NCBI GenBank assembly: GCA_024650005.2
Contig: CP122380.1
Location: forward strand, 1,088,001 to 1,152,000
Length of the DNA: 64,000 bases
Reading direction: 5' to 3'
Source: Candidatus Bathyarchaeum tardum
Lineage (GTDB): Archaea > Thermoproteota > Bathyarchaeia > Bathyarchaeales > Bathyarchaeaceae
The notes beneath the pieces were generated by a model. That model was not told where the DNA came from. It saw only the letters and a list, made by a program, of their open reading frames with translations, and did not search any database. Of this stretch, positions 9,226 to 19,867 are shown one piece after another. A program made the translations under genes and the position numbers. The stretch's first letter is position 1. Each line of letters opens with the position of its first letter.

Positions 9226-10416
9226 TTATTTCATGAATTTGTCAAAACGGTTAAAGCTTTCTTCAAGGATTCCTAGTGGCGGCAAGAAGACTCCTCTAAA
9301 ATGTCCTGAGCCATATTTTGATCCAAAACCTGACCCGTGAACAAAAACTATTCCTGTTTCATCTATCAGGTCACGGACAAATGCCATATCGTTTGGCCAT
9401 TGAGAACCAATTCCTTCTACTTTTGGGAAGAAATAGAACGCTCCGTTAGGTTTCGCACAGTTGATTCCCTCAATTTCGTTGAGACGCTTGTAAGAATAGT
9501 CCCGCCTTTCTTCTAGCTTTTTCACCATGTCAACTATATGCTCTTGAGGTCCGCGCAATGCCGCAACCGCTGCTTTTTGAACTGGAGTGTTAGCTGAAAG
9601 TCTTATTCTTGCCTCTTTTAAAATGTATTCTCGTAAATCTGATAACTCTTGTTCATTTTGTCCCGTAAAATACATATAACCAAGACGCCAACCAGTCATC
9701 AAATAAACTTTTGAGAAGCCATTAAGACCAATTACTGTAACATCTTTTGCAACGTTTGCAGTGCTGACTATTTCTCCATATGCAAGCTGGTCATAAATTT
9801 CGTCAGAAATGATGGGTATGCCATGTTCACCTGCTAAATCAACCATTTTTTTAACTGTTTTGCGATCATATAAGGCACCACATGGATTGTTAGGATTAAT
9901 GATAACAATACCCCGTGTTTTGTCAGTTATCTTTGCCCTTACATCATCCAAGTCTGGTTGCCAGCCATCTTCTTCATTTGTCCTATATTGGATTCCTTTT
10001 CCACCAAAAAACTCAGTATAAGAAATATACGGTGGATATGCTGGACCCGGAACTAAGATTTCATCTCCTGAATCTACTAATGCTCCAAGAACCATTTGAA
10101 TAGCTTCAGAAACTCCGTTCGAAACTAAGACATTCTCTGGCAATATGTCAAATTTTCCCACTCTTTTTTCTTTTTCACATATTGCATCTAAGAGTTCAGG
10201 GATTCCTTCAGAAGGAGAATACGAGTTTTTTTCATCTTTAACTGCTTGAATCAATGCTTCTTTAATATGTTCAGGAGTTCTAAAGTCAAACTGCAGGGGA
10301 TCTCCGATGTTAAGGTAGATTATCTTTTTTCCATTCTTTTCAAGATACTTAGCATGACCAACAACATCGCGAATTGCGTACTCAAGATTTTGAACCCGCT
10401 CAGTAATATTCACCAA
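9226..10416 (-). CDS. PLP-dependent aminotransferase class I/II (AlaA/aspartate aminotransferase-like)
   Basis: LNIGDP, IINPNNPCG, SDEIY and GFSKVYLMTGWRLG motifs. Start is probably TTG/GTG at 10416/10413 rather than 10503. Confidence 0.9.
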   Translation of the reverse strand: MVNITERVQNLEYAIRDVVGHAKYLEKNGKKIIYLNIGDPLQFDFRTPEHIKEALIQAVKDEKNSYSPSEGIPELLDAICEKEKRVGKFDILPENVLVSNGVSEAIQMVLGALVDSGDEILVPGPAYPPYISYTEFFGGKGIQYRTNEEDGWQPDLDDVRAKITDKTRGIVIINPNNPCGALYDRKTVKKMVDLAGEHGIPIISDEIYDQLAYGEIVSTANVAKDVTVIGLNGFSKVYLMTGWRLGYMYFTGQNEQELSDLREYILKEARIRLSANTPVQKAAVAALRGPQEHIVDMVKKLEERRDYSYKRLNEIEGINCAKPNGAFYFFPKVEGIGSQWPNDMAFVRDLIDETGIVFVHGSGFGSKYGSGHFRGVFLPPLGILEESFNRFDKFMK

Positions 10417-10517
10417 TATGACCACATCACGATTAATATTCTGCAATAAAACATTTTCACTTTTGTTTCCAAAAACGAGCGTTCTTGCAACAAAAGTAAA
10501 CAAGTTTTCTCTGGTTT

Positions 10518-11774
10518 TTATACTGTGAAAGCGTCTCCAGTTTTAGGTGCTACCGCTTCTAATCCAACTTCAGTTTTTATCCAATCAGCAAACATTTCAC
10601 AAATTTCGGGTTCCCCATGAACAACATATACTTTTGGATTTCCTTTAAGGTCTTTAACTGCACCTTTTAGCTCGTTAGCTCCACTGTGGGACGAAAAATC
10701 AAAACGTTTCACTTGTGCTTTAACATTTTGAACTTTATCGTCGATGATGCATTTTCCTTCATCAAGTAATTGTCGCCCAGGAGTACCTGGAATTTGATAA
10801 CCAACAAGAAATACGCCATTCTTGCTCTTTTTTCCAACTTTTTGTATGTAAAACGCTGCTGGTCCCCCTTTAAGCATGCCTGCAGGAGATATGATTACTC
10901 CTGGTTTGCTTGCAATCCTTCGGCGATCTTTCCATCCATCGACCCATATTGCATCCTGAAGGGCTTTTGTGAACAATTTCGGATCCCGCATATAGGAAGC
11001 ATGATTCATCATAATTCGGTTTGCTTCACGTGCCATACCATCCATGGCAACTGGATATTCAAAGTGATTTGCTGCTAAAACACACGCAATTTCTTGTGAA
11101 CGCCCCACACTAAAGGCTGGAACTAATGCTGTTCCTCCTTTTTCTACAACCCCATTAACATGGTCCATGAATTCTTTTTCAATTTCTTTTCTTTCGGGAT
11201 GAACTTCATTAGCATATGTGCTTTCAATAATTATTGCATCAAGTTCCCCATAGTCACGGTCAGCACCCGGAAGAAGTTGAGTATCTGTAGAATTGTAATC
11301 TCCAGTGTAAACCATTCTTTTTCCATCGGCTTCTACTAGTACTTGGGCGCCTCCAGGCAAATGGCCTGAATTAAGGAGTTGAAATTTCATGTCCCCAATG
11401 TTTTTTTCTTTCCGGAAATCAAGATGCTTACAGTTTCTCATCATTGTGTCAAGCTCAAGGAACTCAAAAGACAGATAATAACCTGACAAACGGATAAAAT
11501 CTGAGATTAGGGGTTTGGCTAGGTCAAATGTTAATTGTGTTCCATAAACTGTTTTTTTGTCTTGAATATGAAAGTGTGGAATACCACCTGAGTGGTCAAG
11601 GTGACTATGAGTTAAAACTAGTGCGTCTACATCTTTTGGTGGAATATGCATGGGAAATCCGGGTTCTTCACCGAACATGACTCCATAGTCAAGGAGCAGT
11701 TGGTTTTGTTCTGATTTTACTGCAATACCTGCTCTGCCTACTTCTCTTGCACTTCCGAGAAACTTAAGTTCCAT
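10518..11774 (-). CDS. beta-CASP MBL-fold ribonuclease (aCPSF2-like)
   Basis: FLGSAREVGR, THSHLDH, GHLPG, ESTY, FSSH and VHGE motifs; no KH domains. Confidence 0.88.
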   Translation of the reverse strand: MELKFLGSAREVGRAGIAVKSEQNQLLLDYGVMFGEEPGFPMHIPPKDVDALVLTHSHLDHSGGIPHFHIQDKKTVYGTQLTFDLAKPLISDFIRLSGYYLSFEFLELDTMMRNCKHLDFRKEKNIGDMKFQLLNSGHLPGGAQVLVEADGKRMVYTGDYNSTDTQLLPGADRDYGELDAIIIESTYANEVHPERKEIEKEFMDHVNGVVEKGGTALVPAFSVGRSQEIACVLAANHFEYPVAMDGMAREANRIMMNHASYMRDPKLFTKALQDAIWVDGWKDRRRIASKPGVIISPAGMLKGGPAAFYIQKVGKKSKNGVFLVGYQIPGTPGRQLLDEGKCIIDDKVQNVKAQVKRFDFSSHSGANELKGAVKDLKGNPKVYVVHGEPEICEMFADWIKTEVGLEAVAPKTGDAFTV

Positions 11775-11932
11775 TATCTTTTTCATCCTCGTTATTTAAT
11801 ATTAATAAATGTGATATTTACTGTTTTAATTGCACGCTATCATTTAAATGGTAAGCTTTTTTTCAATGCAGTTTATATAAGCACTTGTTTTCTCTTTAAT
11901 ACAAAAGTTCCATCACAATAAATTGATAGCGA

Positions 11933-13546
11933 TCACTCTTTTAATATCTCTACAATGTGTTCCAGAGTATTTTCATTCCATGGCTCTTTTTCTTGTGTTG
12001 CCCTAAACTGAATTTGTTTGTTTTTACAAGCACGTTTACATGCTGACAAAACCTTTCCTTTCCAAACTTTTGGTTCCCGTAGAAGGATTACTTTTATGTA
12101 ATTTGTGGCTGCTATGTATTTTTCAACTTGTTGGGCAACATATGTAATTGTTTCATTATCGAAAGGATAAGCGATAACATTTTGTGATACAGGATGCACA
12201 TCATCAAGTTCATTGGGTACCAGACCAAAGGGAGCTGCATAACTGCAGACATGAACTAAATCAAGTTTATCAGGGATTTTTTCTTGTATTTTCTTTAATA
12301 ATGTTTCATGCTCCCCTGAAGTGTGAAATGGTTTTTTCATCGTTTGTGGCAACAACAACAAAACTTTAACTTTTTGTGGTGGAGAGTACCTGCTCCTAAG
12401 CCTTTGTTGATAGCGAACAACTTCTGGACGGGCTAAACTCAATGAACTATACAAAAACACACCACCTTTTTTGTTGACTGGACTGTGTTTCTCTATGTAT
12501 TTTCTGTATATTTTGACCTTTTTTAATGCTTGAAGCAGTGATGGGTGACCATATGCTCGCATTTCCATGTGTTCCCAGAGTCTTCCATCTGTGACTGCTT
12601 GTTTTATTCGCTGTAACTCGCCAAAACTAACATGAAGATTATGCTCTGCAAGCAACCTATGTCTTTCATCATTTGGTAGTGCTCTAACTGTTTGGGGGTC
12701 AGTTTTGGTGCAAACTGGACAAGAACATGGAAAATACTCAAGCTCACTTAATCTTGCTGTTCCTGAATCTGTTAAGTACCGATCTTTTCGGGCAAACAAT
12801 GCATATGCTGCAGAATCAAATAAGTCACAACCCAGAGCTACTGCCAAAGCAAACATAAACGGGTGACCTGCACCAAACAAGTGAAGAGGACGGTCGGGTG
12901 GAAGATTCATCTTTGCAGTTGCAATCATGTCTACCAGAACATCAAACTTGTATTGCTCCATTACTGGAGTTGGACTGCCTAGAGCATGAACCTGAAACGG
13001 CAGTTTTCCCATGGCTTTTGCAGATTTTGCCACAAGGTCAAGGTATTGTCCGCCCTGAACTGGACCTACCCATGCCAATTCCTCTCGTGATTTCATTTTT
13101 TTGAGAGCTTTTGCCCGTTTGATTGTCTCTTGCACTGTATATTTTGCATACTCTTTTGAAACCCCCCAACCTGTAGGAATATCAAGTATGGTGGCGATGT
13201 CAGTGTCAATTGCTTCTTGGAACTGAACGATCTCTTTTGGCGTAGTTTCAACTCCCTTGTAAATAAGAAGTTGATACGCACCAGAATCCGTCATGATTGA
13301 ACCATCAAAATCCAAAAATTCATGCAATCCTTTTTCAACTGCGATTTCTTTGAAGTTTTTGTTTATGATGTACGCGTTAGTTATGAGAGCTTCGCACCCA
13401 AATTCTTTCTGTAACTTTTTTGGTGGAATCGGCTGAATGCCTGGATTAATTACTGGAAACAGAAGTGGAGTCTCAATTTTTCCACTTTTGGTTTCAAACT
13501 TTCCTATCCGTCCTAACAAATCCTTATTAATTATTTCAAACGACAT
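11933..13546 (-). CDS. tgtA: tRNA-guanine(15) transglycosylase (archaeosine pathway)
   Basis: MTDSGAYQ, GPVQGG, HLFGAGHP, DLFDSAAY and Zn-site CSCPVC motifs. Confidence 0.93.
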   Translation of the reverse strand: MSFEIINKDLLGRIGKFETKSGKIETPLLFPVINPGIQPIPPKKLQKEFGCEALITNAYIINKNFKEIAVEKGLHEFLDFDGSIMTDSGAYQLLIYKGVETTPKEIVQFQEAIDTDIATILDIPTGWGVSKEYAKYTVQETIKRAKALKKMKSREELAWVGPVQGGQYLDLVAKSAKAMGKLPFQVHALGSPTPVMEQYKFDVLVDMIATAKMNLPPDRPLHLFGAGHPFMFALAVALGCDLFDSAAYALFARKDRYLTDSGTARLSELEYFPCSCPVCTKTDPQTVRALPNDERHRLLAEHNLHVSFGELQRIKQAVTDGRLWEHMEMRAYGHPSLLQALKKVKIYRKYIEKHSPVNKKGGVFLYSSLSLARPEVVRYQQRLRSRYSPPQKVKVLLLLPQTMKKPFHTSGEHETLLKKIQEKIPDKLDLVHVCSYAAPFGLVPNELDDVHPVSQNVIAYPFDNETITYVAQQVEKYIAATNYIKVILLREPKVWKGKVLSACKRACKNKQIQFRATQEKEPWNENTLEHIVEILKE

Positions 13547-13701
13547 ACTGAAACCGCCAACCGGGCATTCTACCGTAGTGTCTCAGAGGGCTCATTTATT
13601 AACCTTAACTTAACAAAACCATCATCTGAAGTTGATCTTTTTACATTGCATTTATATTGAAAGTTGTCTTAGTTGTGCTGGTTTCCCCGAAGGTTAACAC
13701 G

Positions 13702-14454
13702 ATGGTCTGCAAAATACAGTTTTATGAAAAACCTGTCTTAAATAATCCTGTTTTAATCGAAGGATTGCCTGGAATCGGATTTGTTGCAAACGTTACTACA
13801 TTACATCTCATTAAACAGTTAAACGCAAAACTATTCGCGCAAGTACAATCTTCATCATTTCAAGACCTTGCCATGACCACCAGAAATGGAAAAACATACT
13901 TTCCAACAAACCAGTTTTATTATTACAAAGGCAAAGAGGGGGAACGTGACCTCATACTTTTGTACGGGAACACTCAGGCTCTAACTACTGTTGGGCAGTA
14001 TGAGCTGTGTGGAAAAATTTTGGACATATGTCAAGAATTTGGCTGCAAATATGTTTTAACTGTTGGAGGGCTAAAAAAAGACGAAGCTGTAGAAACACCT
14101 GACATATATTGTACAGCCTCAGACAAAGAAACCCTGCAAGAAGTCTTGGATTTAGGTGCAAAAATAATGAAGGGTCATATTTTCGGTGTGGCTGGCTTGC
14201 TTGTTGGTTTATGTAAATTGCGAAACTTTAAAGGACTTAGTTTGTTGGCTGAAACTCCTGGGTTGTATGCTGACGCAGTGGCTACACGTGAAGTTCTTAA
14301 AATGCTTAACACTCTTTTGAACCTGAAAGTAAATGTTGACGATTTAGATGCAGCTACCGAAGAAACTAGTGAAATTTTAGAATCTTTTGGAATTGTTTCG
14401 CCCTCTTCGATGGAAAAAAAGAATCGGGAAGCGGATTACCGCTGGTTTATTTAG
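13702..14454 (+). CDS. PAC2-family proteasome assembly chaperone-like protein
   Basis: NPVLIEGLPGIGFVA and IFGVAGLLVG...LLAETPG motifs. Confidence 0.85.
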   Translation: MVCKIQFYEKPVLNNPVLIEGLPGIGFVANVTTLHLIKQLNAKLFAQVQSSSFQDLAMTTRNGKTYFPTNQFYYYKGKEGERDLILLYGNTQALTTVGQYELCGKILDICQEFGCKYVLTVGGLKKDEAVETPDIYCTASDKETLQEVLDLGAKIMKGHIFGVAGLLVGLCKLRNFKGLSLLAETPGLYADAVATREVLKMLNTLLNLKVNVDDLDAATEETSEILESFGIVSPSSMEKKNREADYRWFI

Positions 14455-14872
14455 ATGCAGAGTCTTTCGTAAACAAACTGTGGACTCTTTGCACTCGTTC
14501 GGCGATTGGACCTGAACCCTCTACTACACCCTTTTCGTTTACTTTGATTTTTTCCATGACCCAAATGAATCCTTGATCTTCGTAGAGTCTTACCATTGTT
14601 GGAAAAACTTTTTCGAGGCGTTCGGCTAGGGCCTTCAAGTCAAAGGGTTTTTCGATAGTAAATATTTGTGCTAATATATTGCCGTTCATAAAAATTTTGT
14701 GAGTTATTTTGCCTAGTTCGTCTTTAGCGTCTGACAGTGAAAGATTCAATGTGTCTGGGTCTATTCCTGATAATGTTCCAGTGTATTTTTTTCCGTCAAC
14801 TGTAATTACCATGACTATCTTATCGATTAGTGATCCAATTTCGCCAATGAAATTTCTTTTAGCTACTGACAT
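14447..14872 (-). CDS. Sm-like protein with C-terminal domain (SmAP3 type)
   Basis: Sm1 motif (GKKYTGTLSGID...NLSLSDA) plus an Lsm C-terminal domain (IKVNEKGVVEGSGPIAERV). Confidence 0.88.
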   Translation of the reverse strand: MSVAKRNFIGEIGSLIDKIVMVITVDGKKYTGTLSGIDPDTLNLSLSDAKDELGKITHKIFMNGNILAQIFTIEKPFDLKALAERLEKVFPTMVRLYEDQGFIWVMEKIKVNEKGVVEGSGPIAERVQRVHSLFTKDSASK

Positions 14873-15003
14873 CGTAACACCTAGCCACTTAATATAAACA
14901 GACTAACTTATTTATTTCTACCATAAAGCCTTTTTAGTTATCAATCTTCAAGAAACCTTACTTGAACGAACAAATGTTTTTAATCTTTCACAAAACAAAA
15001 TGT

Positions 15004-16335
15004 TCATTTATTTTTCAATAATTTTTTCATCAGTTGATTTTTGCTCTGTTCTGAAATGATTACTTTGTTGGGTTTTTTGATATAACTAGATTTGTTAATC
15101 AAAATAATTTTGTTTGGTTCTAAATCTTCCTGCAAGTTAACATTAGGTCCAACAAAGCTTTGGGGACCAATTTTTATTCCCGGTTCTATGCAAGAATTGA
15201 TTCCTGTCTTACAATTGTCACCTATTATTGCTCCCAACTTATTTGTTCCCGAGTCTATTCGGTTGTCTGCAATTTTTATTTTGATGTTTTTTTCGTCAAA
15301 CCTGTAGTTTGCTGTTATTGTTCCAGCGCCAAAAAGGCAATTATTTGAAATTATGGAATCTCCAATGTAGTTTGTGTGGAACCAGCAGTTATCCCCAATC
15401 AAAGAATGTTTAATTTCGGTGGCAAAGCCTACGACACAGCCTTGAGCTAATGATGAATAATCCCTGACTAAACTGTTGTTTCCTATAACACAGTTTTTCC
15501 CAATAAAACACGGTCCCCTGATGCAAGCGCCTTCTAGGGCTTTCACTCCTTCAGATATCCATACGTTTCCTTCGATGATTGCGCGGTTAGAAATGTTCAC
15601 GCTTTCATGGATTTTTTGTTCTCTTAATTGGTTATCCATTAAATGATTATTAATTGTGAACAAGTCCCATGGATACTTGTATCCAGCAAAAAAGCCATCA
15701 TAATTTACTGCTTTTACAACATTTTTGTTTTTGATGAACTGCAGTATAGCATCCTCGTATTGATGGTCGGAAACTGGAATCTTTTTGTAATAATCAAAAA
15801 TATTTTTAGTTAAAATGTAAACCCCGACAACCGCTAAATTGCTAGGTTCTCTGCCCTTTGGCGGTTTTTCAACAAAATCTGTTACTTGCTCATTTTCTAC
15901 TTGAATTATGCCAAATTTCCAAGTTTCTTTAACTGATTTGCATGAAAGGATTATTTGGGCGCCAGTCTCATTGAATTTTTTTTTCATGTTTTCAATTAAT
16001 GAAGCTTCAAAAATATCATCAGCGTTCACAACAAAAAAGTTGTCATCTACCAAATCCTTGGTAGTTTGTAAAGCATCTGCCATTCCCAACGATTGCTTCT
16101 GTTCAGCATACTGAATGTTAACTCCGAGTTTACTGCCATCGTTTAGGTAATCTTTGATTTGTTCGCCACAATGACCTACAACGATAACATACTCCTTTAG
16201 ATCAGCTTGCTTGAGAGTATCTATTACATGATGAATCAGGGGTTTTCCCAAAAGTTTGAACATAGGTTTAGGACTGTTTGCTGCAAGTGGAAAAACACGT
16301 TTTCCTTCACCTCCTGCAAGGATAACAGTTTGCAA
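15004..16335 (-). CDS. bifunctional sugar-1-phosphate nucleotidylyltransferase/acetyltransferase (archaeal GlmU-like)
   Basis: ILAGGEGKR...PKP, EKP and C-terminal hexapeptide repeats (KLGAIIGDNCKTGIN). Confidence 0.88.
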   Translation of the reverse strand: MQTVILAGGEGKRVFPLAANSPKPMFKLLGKPLIHHVIDTLKQADLKEYVIVVGHCGEQIKDYLNDGSKLGVNIQYAEQKQSLGMADALQTTKDLVDDNFFVVNADDIFEASLIENMKKKFNETGAQIILSCKSVKETWKFGIIQVENEQVTDFVEKPPKGREPSNLAVVGVYILTKNIFDYYKKIPVSDHQYEDAILQFIKNKNVVKAVNYDGFFAGYKYPWDLFTINNHLMDNQLREQKIHESVNISNRAIIEGNVWISEGVKALEGACIRGPCFIGKNCVIGNNSLVRDYSSLAQGCVVGFATEIKHSLIGDNCWFHTNYIGDSIISNNCLFGAGTITANYRFDEKNIKIKIADNRIDSGTNKLGAIIGDNCKTGINSCIEPGIKIGPQSFVGPNVNLQEDLEPNKIILINKSSYIKKPNKVIISEQSKNQLMKKLLKNK

Positions 16336-17736
16336 TCAATCACCTTTCAAAGCTTTTTTCAGTTCTTTGACTGCCAAATCGTAAAGTTCATTTAGTTTTT
16401 CTTCTGTATGCGCCTCTGCTGAAATCCTAATCACTGGTTCGGTGTTAGATGCTCGTAGAATTACCCACCCGTCTTTTTGGATTAATTTAACGCCGTCAAT
16501 GTCCAATGTTTCAAGACCCAAAGCTTTGAATTGGCTACGAACTTTTTCAATTACTGAAAATTTTTTTGTATCAGGGCAATCAAAGTTTTTTTCATAAATT
16601 GACGGATACTGCGGCAAAGCAGAAACAAGTTCAGATAAAGTATTGTCAGTTTTGGATAAAATTTCAGCCAATTTCATGCTTGCAAACACGCCGTCATCCA
16701 TTCCGTAAACATCTGCAAAATAGAAATGGCTACTTTTTTCTCCCCCAAGCACTGCATTTTCCTTAATCATCTTATCCATTATGAAAGTGTGACCCACACG
16801 TTCAACTATGGGTATTCCTCCAAGTTGTTCGACATACTCTTTGATTGCCATGGAGCATGTTAATTCATAGACTACTTTTCCTCCTTTTTGTTTTTGGAGA
16901 ATATCTTTCGCAAAAAGAAGTAACGTTAAATCTCCCGGAATTAAGTTGCCTTTTTCATCAATGAATACTGCTCTGTCACCGTCTCCATCGTAGCCCACTC
17001 CAAAATCTGCTTTGCTGTTAACTACTTGTTTCATTAACTCCCCTAGAGTTTCAGCTTTTGGAACTGGAAGATGGGCAGGAAATGTTCCATCAGGTTCCTT
17101 GTTTAACGTTAATATGTTAACGCCTATTTTTTTAAAAAGTTCTGGAGCAACAAGTCCACATGTACCGTTTGATGTGTCTGCTACGGCCTTAATTTTTTTT
17201 TCCATACTTATTTTGCTTTGAACAAATTTTTGATACTCTTTGATTATGCCATCATGCTTTATTGCTTTGCATTTTGGATTGCCAAAAGATTTGATGCTAA
17301 ACTGTTTAGCGTAATTCTTGACCTTTTCCATGTCTTCGCCATAGATACTTCCTTTTTGCCCCCTGAATGCTTTGAAACCATTCCATTGAGGCGGATTATG
17401 CGATGCAGTAACCATTATTCCTGCATCTTTTTTTAGAATAATTAAAGCAAAATAAAGTAAAGGGGTTGGAAGCACACCCACGTCAGTTACATCCGAAAAA
17501 TTGAGTATACCTGAAAGTAAGGCGTCTCGAAGTTTTTCTCCACTTATTCTAACGTCTCTACCAACTACGAATTTTTTTCCTTCTAATAATTTGCCAAAAG
17601 CTGCTCCAATTTTGGTTGCAACTTCTTCTGTTAGGTCTTCTCCAAAAACTCCTCGGATGTCGTAGGCCCTGAATATGTGATCAAAATCTTTTTTGGTATC
17701 CGTCAAAACTTTTGCCTCTGCTTTTATTTTGGTCAA
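16336..17736 (-). CDS. phosphomannomutase/phosphoglucomutase
   Basis: FRAYDIRG, TASHNP, DGDGDR, GEKSSH and RASNTEP motifs. Confidence 0.93.
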   Translation of the reverse strand: MTKIKAEAKVLTDTKKDFDHIFRAYDIRGVFGEDLTEEVATKIGAAFGKLLEGKKFVVGRDVRISGEKLRDALLSGILNFSDVTDVGVLPTPLLYFALIILKKDAGIMVTASHNPPQWNGFKAFRGQKGSIYGEDMEKVKNYAKQFSIKSFGNPKCKAIKHDGIIKEYQKFVQSKISMEKKIKAVADTSNGTCGLVAPELFKKIGVNILTLNKEPDGTFPAHLPVPKAETLGELMKQVVNSKADFGVGYDGDGDRAVFIDEKGNLIPGDLTLLLFAKDILQKQKGGKVVYELTCSMAIKEYVEQLGGIPIVERVGHTFIMDKMIKENAVLGGEKSSHFYFADVYGMDDGVFASMKLAEILSKTDNTLSELVSALPQYPSIYEKNFDCPDTKKFSVIEKVRSQFKALGLETLDIDGVKLIQKDGWVILRASNTEPVIRISAEAHTEEKLNELYDLAVKELKKALKGD

Positions 17737-17785
17737 CTAACTTAAATTATGATCGATTTATGAATTAAGAATAAAAACAGGTTAA

Positions 17786-18511
17786 TTATCGCTCTTTGGT
17801 TTTTTCTGTGTCAGTGTAGGTCTCATGGATAACTTCTTTTACTTTTTTAGTAATTTTTGGACCCAAACCATTAACATCATTTTGCCACCGGTCTACGTTA
17901 TTTAGGGCATTTAATGGGCACTGGTATGTGTTCAATATGGATACAGCTTTTTCTCTTCCAATATTAGGCAAACTAGCCATAAAAAAAATCTGGGATTCGG
18001 CTAAACTTTCAGTTTTTTTTACAGGATGTATAACTGGAGATCTTTTTTCAACAATTTGTTCTTGTTTGGCTGCGGTGTACAAAAAATCAACTGTTTCTTT
18101 GTAGCTGTTGGTATGCATCAAATTGATTCCTTGTTTGGCGATGGCAAACATTGCACCCCAGACTGATGTGGGTTGAATTTTACTGTATTTGTAAACTATT
18201 GGTAAATATCCTTCAATTAGGATGAAAGGTTTCTCATAACATTCCTGTAAAGTGAACAATTGGTCAAAAAGGAACCTTCGAGTCAGACTATAAACAAAAT
18301 CATTTACTGTTTTTCTTTCAAAAGCACATTGATTTGAAATCACGTAGTCTCCTTTTTCAAGATAACGTATACTGATTTCAGCTCCTTTTTCTTTTAATCC
18401 TTTGATTATTTTCGGGGCTGTTTGTGCTTCTCGGCTGTCAACTATGATTATTGGTTGATTATTTTTTCCCTTTTCTTTAAGAAACGGGATAAGACTCTCA
18501 GCTCCAGACAT
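17786..18511 (-). CDS. xpf: XPF/ERCC4 structure-specific endonuclease, short form (nuclease + HhH)
   Basis: IVDSRE and GDY...ERKT..D motifs, two HhH motifs, no helicase domain. Confidence 0.88.
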   Translation of the reverse strand: MSGAESLIPFLKEKGKNNQPIIIVDSREAQTAPKIIKGLKEKGAEISIRYLEKGDYVISNQCAFERKTVNDFVYSLTRRFLFDQLFTLQECYEKPFILIEGYLPIVYKYSKIQPTSVWGAMFAIAKQGINLMHTNSYKETVDFLYTAAKQEQIVEKRSPVIHPVKKTESLAESQIFFMASLPNIGREKAVSILNTYQCPLNALNNVDRWQNDVNGLGPKITKKVKEVIHETYTDTEKTKER

Positions 18512-18570
18512 ACAGTTCTCCATTTAAGCTTAATTATTGGAAGAGTAATAAATAGTAGGGGTTCATCAAA

Positions 18571-19125
18571 ATGTTCAAAGACCGATATTTTGCACTTTTT
18601 GGGATTATTGGACCAGCTTTCGCAATTGTATTAATATTTGTCGCAATAGGGCTATCACCATGGTTCAGTTGGAGCCAAAATGCATTAAGCGATCTTGGGC
18701 ACTCCGTAAAAAGTGCTGTTGCTCCCCTGTTTAATTTTGGCTTGCTTTTGGGTGGATTTTTCATCATCTTGTATTCATTAACTAGTTTTCGAAAAAATGC
18801 AAAAAAAACTAGTTACTTTTTAGCCTTTACTGGATTGTCGCTTCAGTTCGTCGCTACCTTTGATGAGGTTTATGGGACACTGCATTTTTTCGTTTCAGTT
18901 TTATTTTTTTGTTCGCTAGGTTTCGCCTCAACTAGTTACATTCTTGAGAAAAAATCATCTCTAGCTGCTTTAGCGTTAATTATTGGTCTTGCTTCTTGGA
19001 TACTTTATGGTCTAAGTTTTTTCGAGTCTGGAATTGCTGTTCCCGAAACAATTTCATCGGTTGCAACTACTTCATGGGTCATAAAATCCGCTATACGCCA
19101 ACTAAGTTTGAAACAAGCCGCATAA
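18571..19125 (+). CDS. DUF998-like membrane protein
   Basis: SPWFSWSQNALSDLG motif, several TM segments, LH and PE motifs. Confidence 0.75.
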   Translation: MFKDRYFALFGIIGPAFAIVLIFVAIGLSPWFSWSQNALSDLGHSVKSAVAPLFNFGLLLGGFFIILYSLTSFRKNAKKTSYFLAFTGLSLQFVATFDEVYGTLHFFVSVLFFCSLGFASTSYILEKKSSLAALALIIGLASWILYGLSFFESGIAVPETISSVATTSWVIKSAIRQLSLKQAA

Positions 19126-19235
19126 TTATACTTGATTTTGCTAAATTTTTATATCTTTCAAAATTTGTAATATTACGAAATTGGCATATTACAATTATTG
19201 ATATATATCATGATTTGGAAACCTTTGTGTGCTTC

Positions 19236-19634
19236 CTAGGATTTCGCTGTTACCGCTTTAACTGGTTTGCTTTGATTATGGTTTTCTGTTCCAATTGGAA
19301 TCCGGTTCAGTCCTATCCTGATTAGTTTACGGCAGATATGGTTTAATGATTCTTCTGTGCCTTTTAGCAGGTTTTTTCCTTCAGGAGTTAGAGAGTACAC
19401 TTTTTTTGGGCGTTCACAGTTTAAATTCCATTGGCTTTCTATGTATCCATTCTCTTCTAGAATGCCAAGCAAAGGATATATTGTACTTGGACCAAAATAC
19501 ACTCCAAAGTTTTTGCGTATGCTTGTAATTATGTTGTATCCATGCATTGGTTTTGTTTTCAAGAATTGCAGTATTACTAGATCAAGAAGGCCTCTCATGA
19601 GTTTTATTTCTACGTCTCTGAGTTTTTCTTTCAT
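19236..19634 (-). CDS. PadR-family transcriptional regulator
   Basis: PMHGYNI, GPSTIYPLL..LE..G and KKVYSLTPEG motifs. Confidence 0.9.
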   Translation of the reverse strand: MKEKLRDVEIKLMRGLLDLVILQFLKTKPMHGYNIITSIRKNFGVYFGPSTIYPLLGILEENGYIESQWNLNCERPKKVYSLTPEGKNLLKGTEESLNHICRKLIRIGLNRIPIGTENHNQSKPVKAVTAKS

Positions 19635-19686
19635 TTTGGCATTCCTGTATTATTGCTCAACAGTTCATCAGTTTTACACGGATACG

Positions 19687-19724
19687 ATATGTACTTTTTA
19701 TGACATATTATCAAATCTTATATA
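19687..19724. promoter_or_regulatory. palindrome ATATGT-N10-ACATAT plus TATATAAGATTTG box (minus strand) upstream of padR
   Basis: Inverted repeat at 19687-19708. The 13-mer at 19712-19724 recurs exactly at 21287-21299. Confidence 0.5.
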
Positions 19725-19867
19725 TGCGGAAACCAGATATAAATCTTCTTGCATCTGCTAAACATAAAAAAGCATATTTGAGCATACGAAAAAAAGTAAA
19801 ATGATTAACAATTTAAATAAATAACATCATCATACTTATCATTTAACTTAACAGGAATCAGAAAAAC

